A stretch of DNA of 42,684 nucleotides from Gemmatimonadota bacterium (GTDB lineage: Bacteria > Gemmatimonadota > Gemmatimonadetes > JACCXV01 > JAHWKZ01). The stretch covers positions 1 through 42,684 of the forward strand of contig JAHWKZ010000002.1 in NCBI GenBank assembly GCA_019347645.1. Reading direction: 5' to 3'. The notes beneath the pieces are model-generated. The model did no database searches. It was given only the letters and a program-made list of their open reading frames with translations, and had not been told where the DNA came from. Made by a program: the position numbers and the translations under genes. Shown here one piece after another: positions 19,204 to 28,623 of the stretch. The number at the start of each line of letters is the position of its first letter. The first letter of the stretch is position 1.

Positions 19204-20498
19204 GCCCCCTCCTCCGCGCGCGCCTCGGGCTCCTCCTCCGGCGAGGCCGGGACCGCCCTGACCTTCACGATCCGCTTCCCCTCCACCCCCTCGACGACAA
19301 AGGTCCACCCCTCGACCGTCACGCTCTCGCCGCCCTCGGCGATCCGTCCCAGCTCGCGCGCCACCACCCCGCCGATCGTCTCCACCCCCTCGGCGTCGAT
19401 CCGCGTTCCGACGAGCTCGTTGAAGTCGTCGGCGTCCAGGCGACCGTCCAGGCGGAGCCCCCCGTCGGCAAGGGGCTCCACGAGCGGCTCCTCACGGTCG
19501 TACTCGTCCTGGATCTCGCCGACCAGCTCCTCGAGCACGTCCTCGAGGGTCACGATCCCGGCGGTGCCGCCGTACTCGTCGACCACCACGGCGAGATGGA
19601 TCCGGTCGCGCTGAAAGGCGCGCAGCAGATCGTCGATCTTCTTCGCCTCCGGTATGAAGGTCGCCTCGCGGAGCAGCGACTCGAGGTCGTCGGGCGGCCC
19701 GGCGTGACCGTGGACCACCGCCAGCAGGTCCTTGGCGTAGAGGATGCCCACGACGTCGTCCAGCGACTCCCGGTGGACCGGCACCCGGGAATGCTCGGCG
19801 CTCCGCACCGCGCGGACGGTCTCCTCCCACGAGGTCGATACCTCCACGCTGACCACGTCCGGCCGCGGCGTCATCACCTCCCGCACCGTCGTCCCGCCGA
19901 AGCTGAAGATCGAGGTGATCATCCGCCGGGCTCCGAGCTCCAGGTCGGTGCGGGCCGTGGTCTCGGCGACGATCGAGCGGACGTCCTCGCTCGTCATCGG
20001 CTCGGCGGTCGGACCGGGGCCAACCGCCCGGTCCCAGGCGCGCGAGAACGCGGCCAGGGCGACGATCACCGGCGAGAGGAGGGCCTGCCACGCCGACAGC
20101 CCCGACGCGCACCGCGCCGCCCACGCCCCCGGCCGATCGGCGGCCAGGGCCCTGGGCGCCATCTCCCCGATCACCAGGACCGCGAACGCGGTCGCCGCCA
20201 CCACCCCGGTGGCGGACGGCCATCCCGCCCCCCTCTCCATCAGCCAGACCGACCCGTAGCCCGCCACCGCCCCCGTCCACACCACGGCCAGGAGGTGACC
20301 CAGAGCGATGCCGTGGCGCAGACGGTCCGGCCGCGCGAGCAGACGCTCGACGCGCCCCCGGGCGGGACGCTCGGCGCCGGCGAACGCCTCCCCGGCGGGG
20401 GTGGAGAGGGCGAAGAAGGCGCTCTCGCAAGCCGCGAAGAAGGCGGCCGCGGCCAGGCCGGCCCCCGCGGCGGCGGCCAGCCCCAGCGCGAGGCTCAC
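19200..20498 (-). CDS. CNNM/CorC-family protein (DUF21-CBS pair-CorC_HlyC), paralogue 2
   Basis: RMITSIFSFGGTTVREVMTPRPDV, HSRVPVHRESLDDVVGILYAKDLL, DRIHLAVVVDEYGGTAGIVTLEDVLEELVGEIQDEYD. The GTG start forms a GTGA overlap with the ybeY stop. Confidence 0.88.
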   Translation of the reverse strand: MSLALGLAAAAGAGLAAAAFFAACESAFFALSTPAGEAFAGAERPARGRVERLLARPDRLRHGIALGHLLAVVWTGAVAGYGSVWLMERGAGWPSATGVVAATAFAVLVIGEMAPRALAADRPGAWAARCASGLSAWQALLSPVIVALAAFSRAWDRAVGPGPTAEPMTSEDVRSIVAETTARTDLELGARRMITSIFSFGGTTVREVMTPRPDVVSVEVSTSWEETVRAVRSAEHSRVPVHRESLDDVVGILYAKDLLAVVHGHAGPPDDLESLLREATFIPEAKKIDDLLRAFQRDRIHLAVVVDEYGGTAGIVTLEDVLEELVGEIQDEYDREEPLVEPLADGGLRLDGRLDADDFNELVGTRIDAEGVETIGGVVARELGRIAEGGESVTVEGWTFVVEGVEGKRIVKVRAVPASPEEEPEARAEEGA

Positions 20499-20941
20499 GA
20501 GGACGCCGGACCCGGAAACGCGAGCTCGACCCAGGCCTCCTGTCGCTCCCGCATCACGCGGTCCGCCGCCGCGGTCTGGTGGTCGTGGCCGGCCAGGTGG
20601 AGCGCGCCGTGCACGAACAGCCGCCAGGCCTCGCGGGCCGGCGGCTCGCCACGCTCCTCGGCCTGCTCGACGGCTCGGTCGAGCGAGACGTAGATGTCCC
20701 CGTGAAGCCCTTCGGTGGCGTGCGGATCATACGGGAAGGCGAGGACGTCGGTGGGGCCGACCCGGCCGTGGAACCGCTCGTTCAGCGAGGCGATCTCGTC
20801 GTCGTCGACCAGCACGCAGTTCACCTCGCCTTCGTCGGCGATCCCTTCCTCGCGCAGCAGCGAGGCGAGGAGGTCGACCGGGAAGGGCTCGAGATCAGGC
20901 GGAGGGTCGACCGATGCGTGAAACAGGGCCCTCAGGGGCAT
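20495..20941 (-). CDS. ybeY: rRNA maturation endoribonuclease YbeY
   Basis: DEIASLNERFHG..GPTDVLAFPY and the metal site HGALHLAGHDH. It overlaps the pgpH end by 47 nt, so the start may be further downstream. Confidence 0.88.
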   Translation of the reverse strand: MPLRALFHASVDPPPDLEPFPVDLLASLLREEGIADEGEVNCVLVDDDEIASLNERFHGRVGPTDVLAFPYDPHATEGLHGDIYVSLDRAVEQAEERGEPPAREAWRLFVHGALHLAGHDHQTAAADRVMRERQEAWVELAFPGPASS

Positions 20942-23186
20942 CCTCTCCCTCCTCGGAGCGCAGGGCGAGGGTCGGGTACTCGATCCTGTGATGGTGAATG
21001 CCGCCGAGCACCGAGACGAAGGCGTCCTCCAGGGCGGCCAGGTCCCGGAAGGTGAGGTCCGCCTGATCGAGCTGGCGCTGTTCCAGCTTCGTCTCGACGA
21101 TCCGTCGGATGGTCTCCCGGAACCGCTCCGGCGTCGGCTCGTGGAGGACCCGGCTCGCGGCCTCCACGGAGTCGGCGAGCATCACGACCGCGGTCTCCTT
21201 GGTCCTCGGCGAGGGTCCCGGATAGACGAATTCCCGCGACGGCCTCCCCTCGATCCGTCCGCGCTCGGCCTCTTCGCGCCAGAAGTAGTCGAGCCGGGTG
21301 GTGCCGTGGTGCTCGCGGATGAAGTCGAGCACGACCTCGGGAAGGCCGGCTGCGTTCGCCAGCTCCACCCCGTCCTCGACGTGACGCCGCACGATCCGGG
21401 CGGAGGCGCGCGGGGTGAGCGCGTTGTGGGGGTTCGCCCCGCTGCGCTGGTTCTCCACGAAGTACTCCGGCCGCTCCATCTTTCCGATGTCGTGGTAGTA
21501 CGCGCCCACCCGCGCCATGAGCGAGTTCGCGCCGATTCTCTCGGCGGCGGCCTCGGCGAGGTTGCCGACCAGGATCGAGTGGTGATACGTGCCCGGCGCC
21601 TCGAGGAGGAGCCGCTTCAGCAGCGGGCGGTTCAGGTCGGCCAGCTCGAGCAGCGTGAGGTCCGTCGTGCGGCCGGACGCCCACTCCAGGACCGGCATCA
21701 GTCCCATCGCGATGAACACGGCCACCGCCGCGCTCAGGAAGCCCCACCCCACGGCCACGCCGAAGTCGGTCCACGACCACAGCCGCAGCAGGGCGAGCGC
21801 CCCGAGCGCGACGGCGTGGCCGACCCCGATGAACAGCAGGGATTCATAGAAATCGGTCCGACGGCGGATCCGGCGCACGCTCCAGCCGCCCGCAAGGCCG
21901 CCGAAGAGACCCACCCACAGCAACGGGAACCCGAGGTCGCCCTGCGAGGCGAGGTAGACGACGAGGAACAGCGTCACCGCGACGCTCAGCCGCGTGTCCC
22001 ACAGCACGGCCACGAGCACCGACGCCAGCGCGATCGGCGCGGCGAACGGCGGAATGGCGTCGACCCCGTCGACGAACGCCCCCAGCGCCACGATCAGCGA
22101 CCACACGACGACGACGACCGTGAGCGCCCGAAAGTCGTCGAACACGTCGCGGCGGTAGGTGAAGAGGTAGAAGCCGAACAGCAGGAGGATCGAAGCCGAC
22201 AGCAGCAGCCGCCCCAACGCCACTCTCAGGTCCTCGGGGCTGAATCCGCTCCGGCGGCGCTCGAGCTCGGACCGCAGCGCCGCTACCCTCCGCTCCTGTT
22301 GCGGGGTCACCCGGGTGTGGGCGCCGACGATCAGCTCCCCCTCCAGCACCTCGCTCTCGATGGGATCCACCTCGGCGCGCGCCTCGGCGCGACGCACCAC
22401 GGTCAGTCCCGCCCGAGGGCGGAGGTTGGGCGACAGCAGGCCGGGAAGCAGCTGGAGGGCGAGCCGCCGGAGGTCGGGCTCCAGCTCGGGGGCGCGCCGC
22501 TCGAGCGTGGGGATCTCCGCGCCGGGCCGCAGCGCGATCACCTCGGAGCGCGGGACGAGGATCTCCTCGCCCCCGGGATGCTGGACGGCGATCTGAGCGC
22601 TGGCGATGTTCGCCATCGCCTCCGCGTTCACCAGCCAGGCGCCGACGTAGACGTCGGGGAACACCTCGCCCGCGAAGGCGAGGAGACGGCGGCGCACGGC
22701 CGGGTCGCCCAGCGCGCGGAGCTCGGTGGTGCGCAGCCCCAGCCCCCGCCCGTCGACGCGGTTTAGGGGCTCCAGCCGCTCCGCCTCGGCCTCCGGCCCC
22801 ACCTCGGCCTCGGCCACCCGGTCCAGGTACGCCTCGAAGCGAGCGAGCGCCGAATCGGCGGCCGACGACACCACCGAGAAGACCGGAGGCACCGTGAGCG
22901 CCGCTTGCTCCCGACGCCGCTCGAGGTCCTCCTGGGCCCGCGGCACGGCGAAGTCGACCGGCGCGATCACGTCCTCGGCGGCCACCGTCCCGGAGCGCAC
23001 GACCGGCACGTCGCGCACCCGGCTAGGCGGAAAGAGCGCGAGGGTCAACAGCGCCACGATCGCCACCAGGCCGGCGCGGACCACCAGGTCCCGCGATCCG
23101 GTGGGGTCGCCGGAGGGGCGCCAGCGGGCGAAGGTCTCCCCGGCGCGCTCGATCGCGCGGGCCAGCCGGCCGCCGTCCTCCGTCAC
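20895..23186 (-). CDS. pgpH: 7TM-receptor HD-GYP-like / HDIG phosphohydrolase (PgpH-type, putative cyclic-di-AMP phosphodiesterase)
   Basis: Large extracytoplasmic N-domain, 7 TM helices, and an HD domain with HHSILVGNLAEAAA...AYYHDIGKMERPEYFVENQ. It sits in the phoH-pgpH-ybeY synteny. Confidence 0.85.
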   Translation of the reverse strand: MTEDGGRLARAIERAGETFARWRPSGDPTGSRDLVVRAGLVAIVALLTLALFPPSRVRDVPVVRSGTVAAEDVIAPVDFAVPRAQEDLERRREQAALTVPPVFSVVSSAADSALARFEAYLDRVAEAEVGPEAEAERLEPLNRVDGRGLGLRTTELRALGDPAVRRRLLAFAGEVFPDVYVGAWLVNAEAMANIASAQIAVQHPGGEEILVPRSEVIALRPGAEIPTLERRAPELEPDLRRLALQLLPGLLSPNLRPRAGLTVVRRAEARAEVDPIESEVLEGELIVGAHTRVTPQQERRVAALRSELERRRSGFSPEDLRVALGRLLLSASILLLFGFYLFTYRRDVFDDFRALTVVVVVWSLIVALGAFVDGVDAIPPFAAPIALASVLVAVLWDTRLSVAVTLFLVVYLASQGDLGFPLLWVGLFGGLAGGWSVRRIRRRTDFYESLLFIGVGHAVALGALALLRLWSWTDFGVAVGWGFLSAAVAVFIAMGLMPVLEWASGRTTDLTLLELADLNRPLLKRLLLEAPGTYHHSILVGNLAEAAAERIGANSLMARVGAYYHDIGKMERPEYFVENQRSGANPHNALTPRASARIVRRHVEDGVELANAAGLPEVVLDFIREHHGTTRLDYFWREEAERGRIEGRPSREFVYPGPSPRTKETAVVMLADSVEAASRVLHEPTPERFRETIRRIVETKLEQRQLDQADLTFRDLAALEDAFVSVLGGIHHHRIEYPTLALRSEEGEDAPEGPVSRIGRPSA

Positions 23187-23205
23187 GACGGGCGCTCCCG
23201 GCGGC

Positions 23206-24207
23206 TCATTCGGCGTTCGATCCGGACGCCGTCTCCCGCTCGACGGAGGAACCCTCGTACGCTTCCAGGATCTTCTTCACCAGGGCGTGACGGATGACGT
23301 CACGGCCGCTGAGATAGACGAACTCGATGCCCTCGATGCCGGTGAGGATGCGCTCGATCTGCAGCAGCCCGCTCTCCTCTCGGAAGGGGAGATCGACCTG
23401 GGTCTTGTCCCCGGTGATCACCGCGCGGGAGTTCAGCCCCAGCCGCGTCAGGAACATCTTCATCTGGTTGGTGGTCGCATTCTGCGCCTCGTCGAGGATC
23501 ACGAACGCGTCGGCCAGGGTGCGGCCGCGCATGTAGGCCAGCGGCGCGATCTCGATGACCCGCGTCTCCAGGAAGCGGCGCACCTTGTCCGGCGGCAGCA
23601 TGTCCTCGAGCGCGTCGTAGAGGGGGCGCAGGTAGGGGTCGACCTTCTCCTGCAGATCCCCGGGCAGGAACCCCAGCGTCTCGCCGGCCTCCACGGCGGG
23701 CCGTGCGAGGATGATCCGGCGAACCTGCTTCTTGTGGAGGGCGTCGATCGCCATGGCGACCGCCAGGTAGGTCTTTCCGGTGCCGGCCGGTCCGATCGAG
23801 ACCACGATGTCGTGGGCGGCGATCGCGCGAAGATAGGCGTCCTGGCCGCGCGTCTTGGGCTTTATGATCTTCTGCGTTCCGCGGACGACGACCTTGCCGG
23901 CCTCCAGCCGACTCAGCGCCTCTCCCCCCTTCTCGTCGAGCTCGTGGAAATAGCGGGTGATGTCGGAGGCGTCGAATCCCGAGCCGGTCTGGATGAGCTC
24001 GATCAGATGCTCCACGAGAATGGCCGCGCGCTCGACGTCGGACGGGTCGCCCTGGACCCGGAGCTCGCCTCCGCGGACGACGAGGCGCGTTCCGGTCAGA
24101 GCCTCGACCCGCTTGAGATTGCGATCGCCGGTTCCGAAGAGGGTGAGCTGGTCGACGCCGCCCAGGGGGATGGAGCGGGTCGCGGAAGACGTGTCGGTGG
24201 GGCTCAT
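23206..24207 (-). CDS. phoH: PhoH-family ATPase
   Basis: VVSIGPAGTGKTYLAVAMA Walker A, RIILARPAVEAGETLGFLPGDLQEKVDPYLRPLYDAL, FVILDEAQN. The start is taken at the MSPTDT ATG (24207). Confidence 0.92.
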   Translation of the reverse strand: MSPTDTSSATRSIPLGGVDQLTLFGTGDRNLKRVEALTGTRLVVRGGELRVQGDPSDVERAAILVEHLIELIQTGSGFDASDITRYFHELDEKGGEALSRLEAGKVVVRGTQKIIKPKTRGQDAYLRAIAAHDIVVSIGPAGTGKTYLAVAMAIDALHKKQVRRIILARPAVEAGETLGFLPGDLQEKVDPYLRPLYDALEDMLPPDKVRRFLETRVIEIAPLAYMRGRTLADAFVILDEAQNATTNQMKMFLTRLGLNSRAVITGDKTQVDLPFREESGLLQIERILTGIEGIEFVYLSGRDVIRHALVKKILEAYEGSSVERETASGSNAE

Positions 24208-24219
24208 CGAGTCGGATGC

Positions 24220-24249
24220 AGTGTACGCCCGTCTTTTCGCCCGCGTCAA
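24220..24249 (-). promoter_or_regulatory. Sigma-70-like promoter for the phoH block
   Basis: Minus strand reads TTGACG - 18 nt - TACACT, with the -10 hexamer ending only 12 nt before the phoH ATG. That implies a very short or absent leader. Confidence 0.4.
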
Positions 24250-24468
24250 CCGATCTTCGACCCGGACGCGCGGCGGACGAAGAACACGACGCGGCGCAGG
24301 GCGGGAAGGCTCCCGTCCCATCGATCGACCGCGCGCGACATCGGGTCTCCCTCGACGTCGGCCAAGGCGTGGTCCCTCCGCTTCACGAGATCCTAGAGTA
24401 CGGCGACGGAGCCTGGCCCCGCAAGGCCGGCGAACGGGAGAGGGTCCACCCCCTGTCGGGTGCCTGCG

Positions 24469-26292
24469 TCATCGGGATTCGTCCACGCCGGCCTCCTCGG
24501 GGGCGACCACGCGCAGGTGGAGCTCCTCCAGGACCTCGGGGTCGGCGGCCGACGGAGCGCCCTCCATAAGGGCCGCGGCGCTCGTCGTCTTGGGGAAGGC
24601 GATCACCTCGCGCAGGCTCGCCGCTCCGACGAGGAGCATCACGGTGCGGTCCAGGCCGGCCGCGAACCCCCCGTGCGGGGGCGCCCCGTACTCGAGGGCC
24701 TCGAGCAGGAAGCCGAACTTCTCCCGCGCCTCGTCCCGGCCGATTCCCAGCAGCTCGAGGACCCGCTCCTGGACCGCGCGCTCGTGGATCCGGATCGACC
24801 CGCCGCCGAGCTCGAAGCCGTTCAGGACGAAGTCGTACGCCTGGGCCTCGATGGTGAGAGGGTCCTGCGCCTCCAGGCCCTCCAGGCCTCCCCGCGGCGC
24901 GGTGAACGGGTGGTGGCTGGGGGTGATGCCGCCCCGGGGATCCGCCTCGAAGAGCGGGAAGTCGACGATCCAGAGCGGTCGCCAGGCGGCCTCCTCGAGC
25001 CATCCCCTCTCGTGGCCCAGGTGGACCCGCATCGCGCCCATCGCCGGGAGCGCGCGCATCGGCTCGTCGGCCACCGCCAGGAGCAGGTCGCCCGGCTCGG
25101 CGCCGGCCTCCGCTCCGGCCCGCTCCCAGCGCGAGGCCTCCACGAACTTGTCGATCGAGGAGGTCCATCCCTCCTCCATCCGCTTGGCCCAGACCAGGCC
25201 CCTGGCGCCGCTCGACCGGGCCAGCTCGGTCCACCGGTCGAGCTGGCTACGGGAGGCGTCCGCGCCGGCGGCGACCTTCAGCGCGACGATCCGGCCGCCG
25301 CCCTCGACGACCGAATCGAAGATACGGAAGCCCGTGTCCCGGAACGCGTCGGTGATTTCGGTCAGCTCCTGGGGGATCCGGAGGTCCGGACGATCGCTGC
25401 CGTAGCGCCGCATCGCCTCCTCCCACCTCAACCGCGGGACCTCGCCGAGATCCACTCCCAGGCAGGCGGAGAAGAGGTGGCGGTAGAGCCCCTCGATCGT
25501 CCGCAGGACGTCCTGCTCCTCGACGAACGCCATCTCCACGTCGATCTGGGTGAACTCGGGCTGGCGGTCGGCGCGGAGGTCCTCGTCGCGGAAGCAGCGG
25601 GCGATCTGGAAATAGCGGTCGAAGCCCGCGATCATGAGCAGCTGCTTGTAGAGCTGGGGGGACTGCGGAAGCGCGTAGAACTCGCCGGGATGGACCCGGC
25701 TCGGGACCAGGTAGTCGCGGGCGCCTTCGGGCGTCCGGCGCGTCAACATCGGCGTCTCGATCTCCCAGAAGCCGAGGTCGTCGAAGTACACGCGGGACTC
25801 GAGCGTCGCGCGGTGGCGCATCCCGTAGTTCGCCGCCAGCCCGGGGCGCCGGAGCTCGAGAAAGCGCCACTTGAGCCGCAGGTCCTCGGCGACCTCCCCA
25901 CCCTCCTTCTCCACGTCGACCGGAAAGGGCGGGGTCCTCGATGCGGCGAGCAGACGGCACCGGGAGACGCGGACCTCAACGGCACCGGTGGCCATGTCCG
26001 GGTTGGCGGTGCCCTGCGGCCGCTCGACGACCTCGCCCTCGATCCGGACCACGTCCTCGGCCCGGAGTCGCTCGACTACGCCGAACGCCGCCTCGTCCAG
26101 GCGCTCTGGATCCGCCACGCACTGCACGATTCCCCATCGGTCGCGCAGGTCGATGAAGACCAGACCGCCGTGATCCCGCCGGCGGTGCACCCATCCGCAG
26201 AGCGTCACGGCCGTACCCGCGTCCCCCGCGCCGAGCGTCCCAGCCGCGCGGCTCCGCAGCGCGGTCGACAGAGCGTCATCGGGTGTCTTCAT
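24469..26292 (-). CDS. aspS: Aspartate-tRNA ligase
   Basis: GWVHRRRDHGGLVFIDLRDRWGIVQ, FWEIETPMLTRRTPEGARDYLVPSR, QSPQLYKQLLM, FQIARCFRDEDLRADRQPEFTQID, GGGSIRIH, and GLDR near the C-terminus. The ATG at 26292 forms an ATGA overlap with the VanZ stop. Confidence 0.96.
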   Translation of the reverse strand: MKTPDDALSTALRSRAAGTLGAGDAGTAVTLCGWVHRRRDHGGLVFIDLRDRWGIVQCVADPERLDEAAFGVVERLRAEDVVRIEGEVVERPQGTANPDMATGAVEVRVSRCRLLAASRTPPFPVDVEKEGGEVAEDLRLKWRFLELRRPGLAANYGMRHRATLESRVYFDDLGFWEIETPMLTRRTPEGARDYLVPSRVHPGEFYALPQSPQLYKQLLMIAGFDRYFQIARCFRDEDLRADRQPEFTQIDVEMAFVEEQDVLRTIEGLYRHLFSACLGVDLGEVPRLRWEEAMRRYGSDRPDLRIPQELTEITDAFRDTGFRIFDSVVEGGGRIVALKVAAGADASRSQLDRWTELARSSGARGLVWAKRMEEGWTSSIDKFVEASRWERAGAEAGAEPGDLLLAVADEPMRALPAMGAMRVHLGHERGWLEEAAWRPLWIVDFPLFEADPRGGITPSHHPFTAPRGGLEGLEAQDPLTIEAQAYDFVLNGFELGGGSIRIHERAVQERVLELLGIGRDEAREKFGFLLEALEYGAPPHGGFAAGLDRTVMLLVGAASLREVIAFPKTTSAAALMEGAPSAADPEVLEELHLRVVAPEEAGVDESR

Positions 26293-26657
26293 CGGCCCTC
26301 TTCGATGGGTTTCGCCTCTCCTCGTACCGCCACGATCGCGGCGCCCGCCACCGCCCCGATCGCGTCGGCCATCCAGTCTCCCAGGCTGGCATCGCGCCCG
26401 ACCGCCGACTGGACCCCTTCGACGCCCGCCCCGTACAGCGCCGCGAGCGCCACCGCCGACCCCCATGCCGTGGCCGGGCTCGCCCCCGAACGCCGCGCCG
26501 CCCGGGCGGCGAGCCATCCGAGGACGGCGTAGAAAGCGGCATGGGCCCACTTGTCGGCCCCGATGGGGACCTCCACGTCCGGCGCCGCGATGGGGGCGAT
26601 GGACACCACCGCGACCGCCGCCATCCAGAGCGCCACCAGACCCCAGGCGGCGATCAT
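26289..26657 (-). CDS. VanZ-like family membrane protein
   Basis: 122 aa, 3-4 TM helices, DKWAHAAFYAVLG and D..AD.IGA motifs. Confidence 0.7.
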   Translation of the reverse strand: MIAAWGLVALWMAAVAVVSIAPIAAPDVEVPIGADKWAHAAFYAVLGWLAARAARRSGASPATAWGSAVALAALYGAGVEGVQSAVGRDASLGDWMADAIGAVAGAAIVAVRGEAKPIEEGR

Positions 26658-26712
26658 CGAGGGATGCGGCCGATCAACGATACTCCGCCCGACGGTGGCC
26701 CACCAATCGGCG

Positions 26713-27552
26713 TCAATACAGTCGCTCCGCCCGCGCGCTCAACGTTTGGCGGCTCGGGATCGCCACGCTCCCGCGATCGGAATCCATGAGGAAGAGCGTG
26801 GACTCGAGGACCTGCTCCTGCTCGTGGAGGGCGAACAGCTCTTCGGCCGGATCGTACAGGTAGCTCCCGCGCACCTCGCCGGATCCTTCGAGGGAGATCC
26901 GGGACCCGTCGACGGTCCCGGAGCCCCCCACCTCGATGTCGCCCCGGTACTCGACGGGGATCACCGGTCGGCCAGCGAGGGCGGCGGTGTCGCCCACGGT
27001 GAACCTCACCACCGTCCGCACCTCGGCGGTCACTCCCCGCAGGACCTCGGTCACCGTCAGCGTGTCGGTCCAGGTGACGCCGGGGGGCGCGGCGCCGGTC
27101 GGGAGGTGAGGCAGGAAAGCGGCCGCGGCACGTTCCACGTACTGGGACCCGAGCCCGGGCGTCACGATTCCGGAGGCGATCGCATCCAGGACGACGCCCT
27201 GGGGGGTGGTGGCGAGCGTCACGACGGTGCCCCGCAGGCCCTCCGTCCGAGGGGTCGGGAAGGCTCCCTGGATCCGCAACGTCAGCTCGTCGAAACCGAG
27301 CCGCCACAGCTGGCGCGGCCCGGGGCTCAAGAGGGTGAGCCGCACCAGCCCGGAGGACTCGAGGGTATAGTGGTTCTCGCGCTCGAGCACCTGCTGTGTG
27401 ACGACGAGCGAAGTCGCGGTCCGGTACCGGAACGCCTCGCCTTGCGTCGGCTCGTAGGCCATCGACTGCGCCGGCGAGGAGCCCGCCCCCGCGGCCAGTG
27501 TCAGCGCCGCGAGCGCGGCGGGAGCGAGCGTCAGCCGCAGTCCCTTACGCAC
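26713..27552 (-). CDS. Hypothetical secreted protein
   Basis: GTG at 27552 gives VRKGLRLTLAPAALAALTLAAGAGSSPAQS as the signal peptide, followed by a beta-rich sequence with no recognised family. The track ORF extending to 28605 crosses the tRNA genes and is an artefact. Confidence 0.6.
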   Translation of the reverse strand: MRKGLRLTLAPAALAALTLAAGAGSSPAQSMAYEPTQGEAFRYRTATSLVVTQQVLERENHYTLESSGLVRLTLLSPGPRQLWRLGFDELTLRIQGAFPTPRTEGLRGTVVTLATTPQGVVLDAIASGIVTPGLGSQYVERAAAAFLPHLPTGAAPPGVTWTDTLTVTEVLRGVTAEVRTVVRFTVGDTAALAGRPVIPVEYRGDIEVGGSGTVDGSRISLEGSGEVRGSYLYDPAEELFALHEQEQVLESTLFLMDSDRGSVAIPSRQTLSARAERLY

Positions 27553-28103
27553 CGGGCGAGGATTTGCGACGCGTAGTCCGCGGAGGGCCGCCGACCGGCC
27601 TTCAGGATCCGGCTCAGCCGGCCGCGACCCATGTTGTAGGCGAGGAGCCCCAGCGACCGGTCCCCGAAGTGCTCGGTCTCCCGCTTCAGGTGGGCGAGTC
27701 CGATGCGGAGGTTCACCTCCGGTCGGAAGAGCTGGCTGGAAGTCACCCCGCGCTCGTAGGCGCGGGCCGTGGACAGCTTGATCTGCATCAAGCCCAGCTC
27801 CCCGTTCCGACCCACGGCGCGCGCGTCGAAGCCGCTCTCGACGGCGATCAGGCCGAAGGCGATCTCCGGATTCACGCCCGCCCGCTTCGACTGCTCGACG
27901 ACGAGCCGGGCGAGTTCCATGTCGATGCCGTACCGCTCCGCATACCGTCGGTCTCGCCTCTCGGCGGCGTTCGCGGCCGGAGGTGACGGTTTCACGACCC
28001 GCGTCGCCGGCTCGCTCCTCTCTCCCGAGAAGGCGCTGGGACCGAGGAACACCGTCGCAGCCGTAAGCATGGCGGCGCATCCGATCAAATGTATCGTGGA
28101 CAT
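27531..28103 (-). CDS. Lytic transglycosylase (SLT domain) with N-terminal signal/anchor
   Basis: AFGLIAVESGFDARAVGRNGELGLMQI catalytic-Glu motif and LLAYNMG. The ATG at 28103 is preceded by GAGGTAGAG. Confidence 0.85.
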   Translation of the reverse strand: MSTIHLIGCAAMLTAATVFLGPSAFSGERSEPATRVVKPSPPAANAAERRDRRYAERYGIDMELARLVVEQSKRAGVNPEIAFGLIAVESGFDARAVGRNGELGLMQIKLSTARAYERGVTSSQLFRPEVNLRIGLAHLKRETEHFGDRSLGLLAYNMGRGRLSRILKAGRRPSADYASQILARCVRDCG

Positions 28104-28173
28104 CGTCTCTACCTCGTTGGATCCGAATTCGGAACTTCCATGATGGACGAAAAAAAAGACCGGGTGACCGGCC
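28091..28173 (-). repeat. Leader/5' module copy A (hairpin + U8, then conserved SD-start block)
   Basis: Minus strand reads GCCGGUCACCCGGU-CUUUUUUUU ... GAGGTAGAGACGATGTCCACGATAC. The 25-nt SD-start block matches copy B at 22/25 positions. Confidence 0.6.
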
Positions 28174-28316
28174 TCGCACCTCGATTGTCGTCGTCGTTCC
28201 GCGTCCGCGGACCGTACGCTCGTGAAGATCGTCGGATCTTCTACCCTCCTGTACCGCGCGAGGTCCATGGGACCGGCGCGGCCCGGAAGGCTCCGCCAGC
28301 CGCCGGACCCGGCTGC

Positions 28317-28346
28317 TTGACACCCCGGAGAGAGACCGGATATCTT
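28317..28346 (+). promoter_or_regulatory. Sigma-70-like promoter for the tRNA-Gly/tRNA-Cys unit
   Basis: TTGACA (28317-28322), a 17-18 nt spacer, then ATATCT/TATCTT, ~45 nt upstream of tRNA-Gly. Confidence 0.4.
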
Positions 28347-28392
28347 CTGTCCGCGATTCGGGAAGCGGACCGCTTCCTCGCAACGGCCGCGA

Positions 28393-28468
<76 letters not shown>

Positions 28469-28487
28469 TTCCACAGCAACGATGGCG

Positions 28488-28518
28488 AGGCCCTTCTCCC
28501 GGGAAGGGCCTTTGTATT
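28488..28518 (+). terminator. Intrinsic terminator-like hairpin between the two tRNA genes
   Basis: AGGCCCTTC-tcccgg-GAAGGGCCT (9-bp stem) followed by TTGTATT. Confidence 0.55.
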
Positions 28519-28528
28519 CGGCTTGCCG

Positions 28529-28604
<76 letters not shown>

Positions 28605-28623
28605 TCGTCGGGAGTTCCGACTC

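Noticed and set aside
24250-24468. 32-codon minus-strand ORF (MSRAVDRWDGSLPALRRVVFFVRRASGSKIG) between aspS and phoH
   Set aside because: It has no SD and no recognisable features, and it lies upstream of and overlapping the proposed phoH promoter. It is most likely chance.
22726-26532. Long plus-strand ORFs (22726-24396, 23957-25405, 24460-26532) across pgpH/phoH/aspS
   Set aside because: They are antisense to confidently identified genes, Ser/Arg/Pro-rich, and without motifs.
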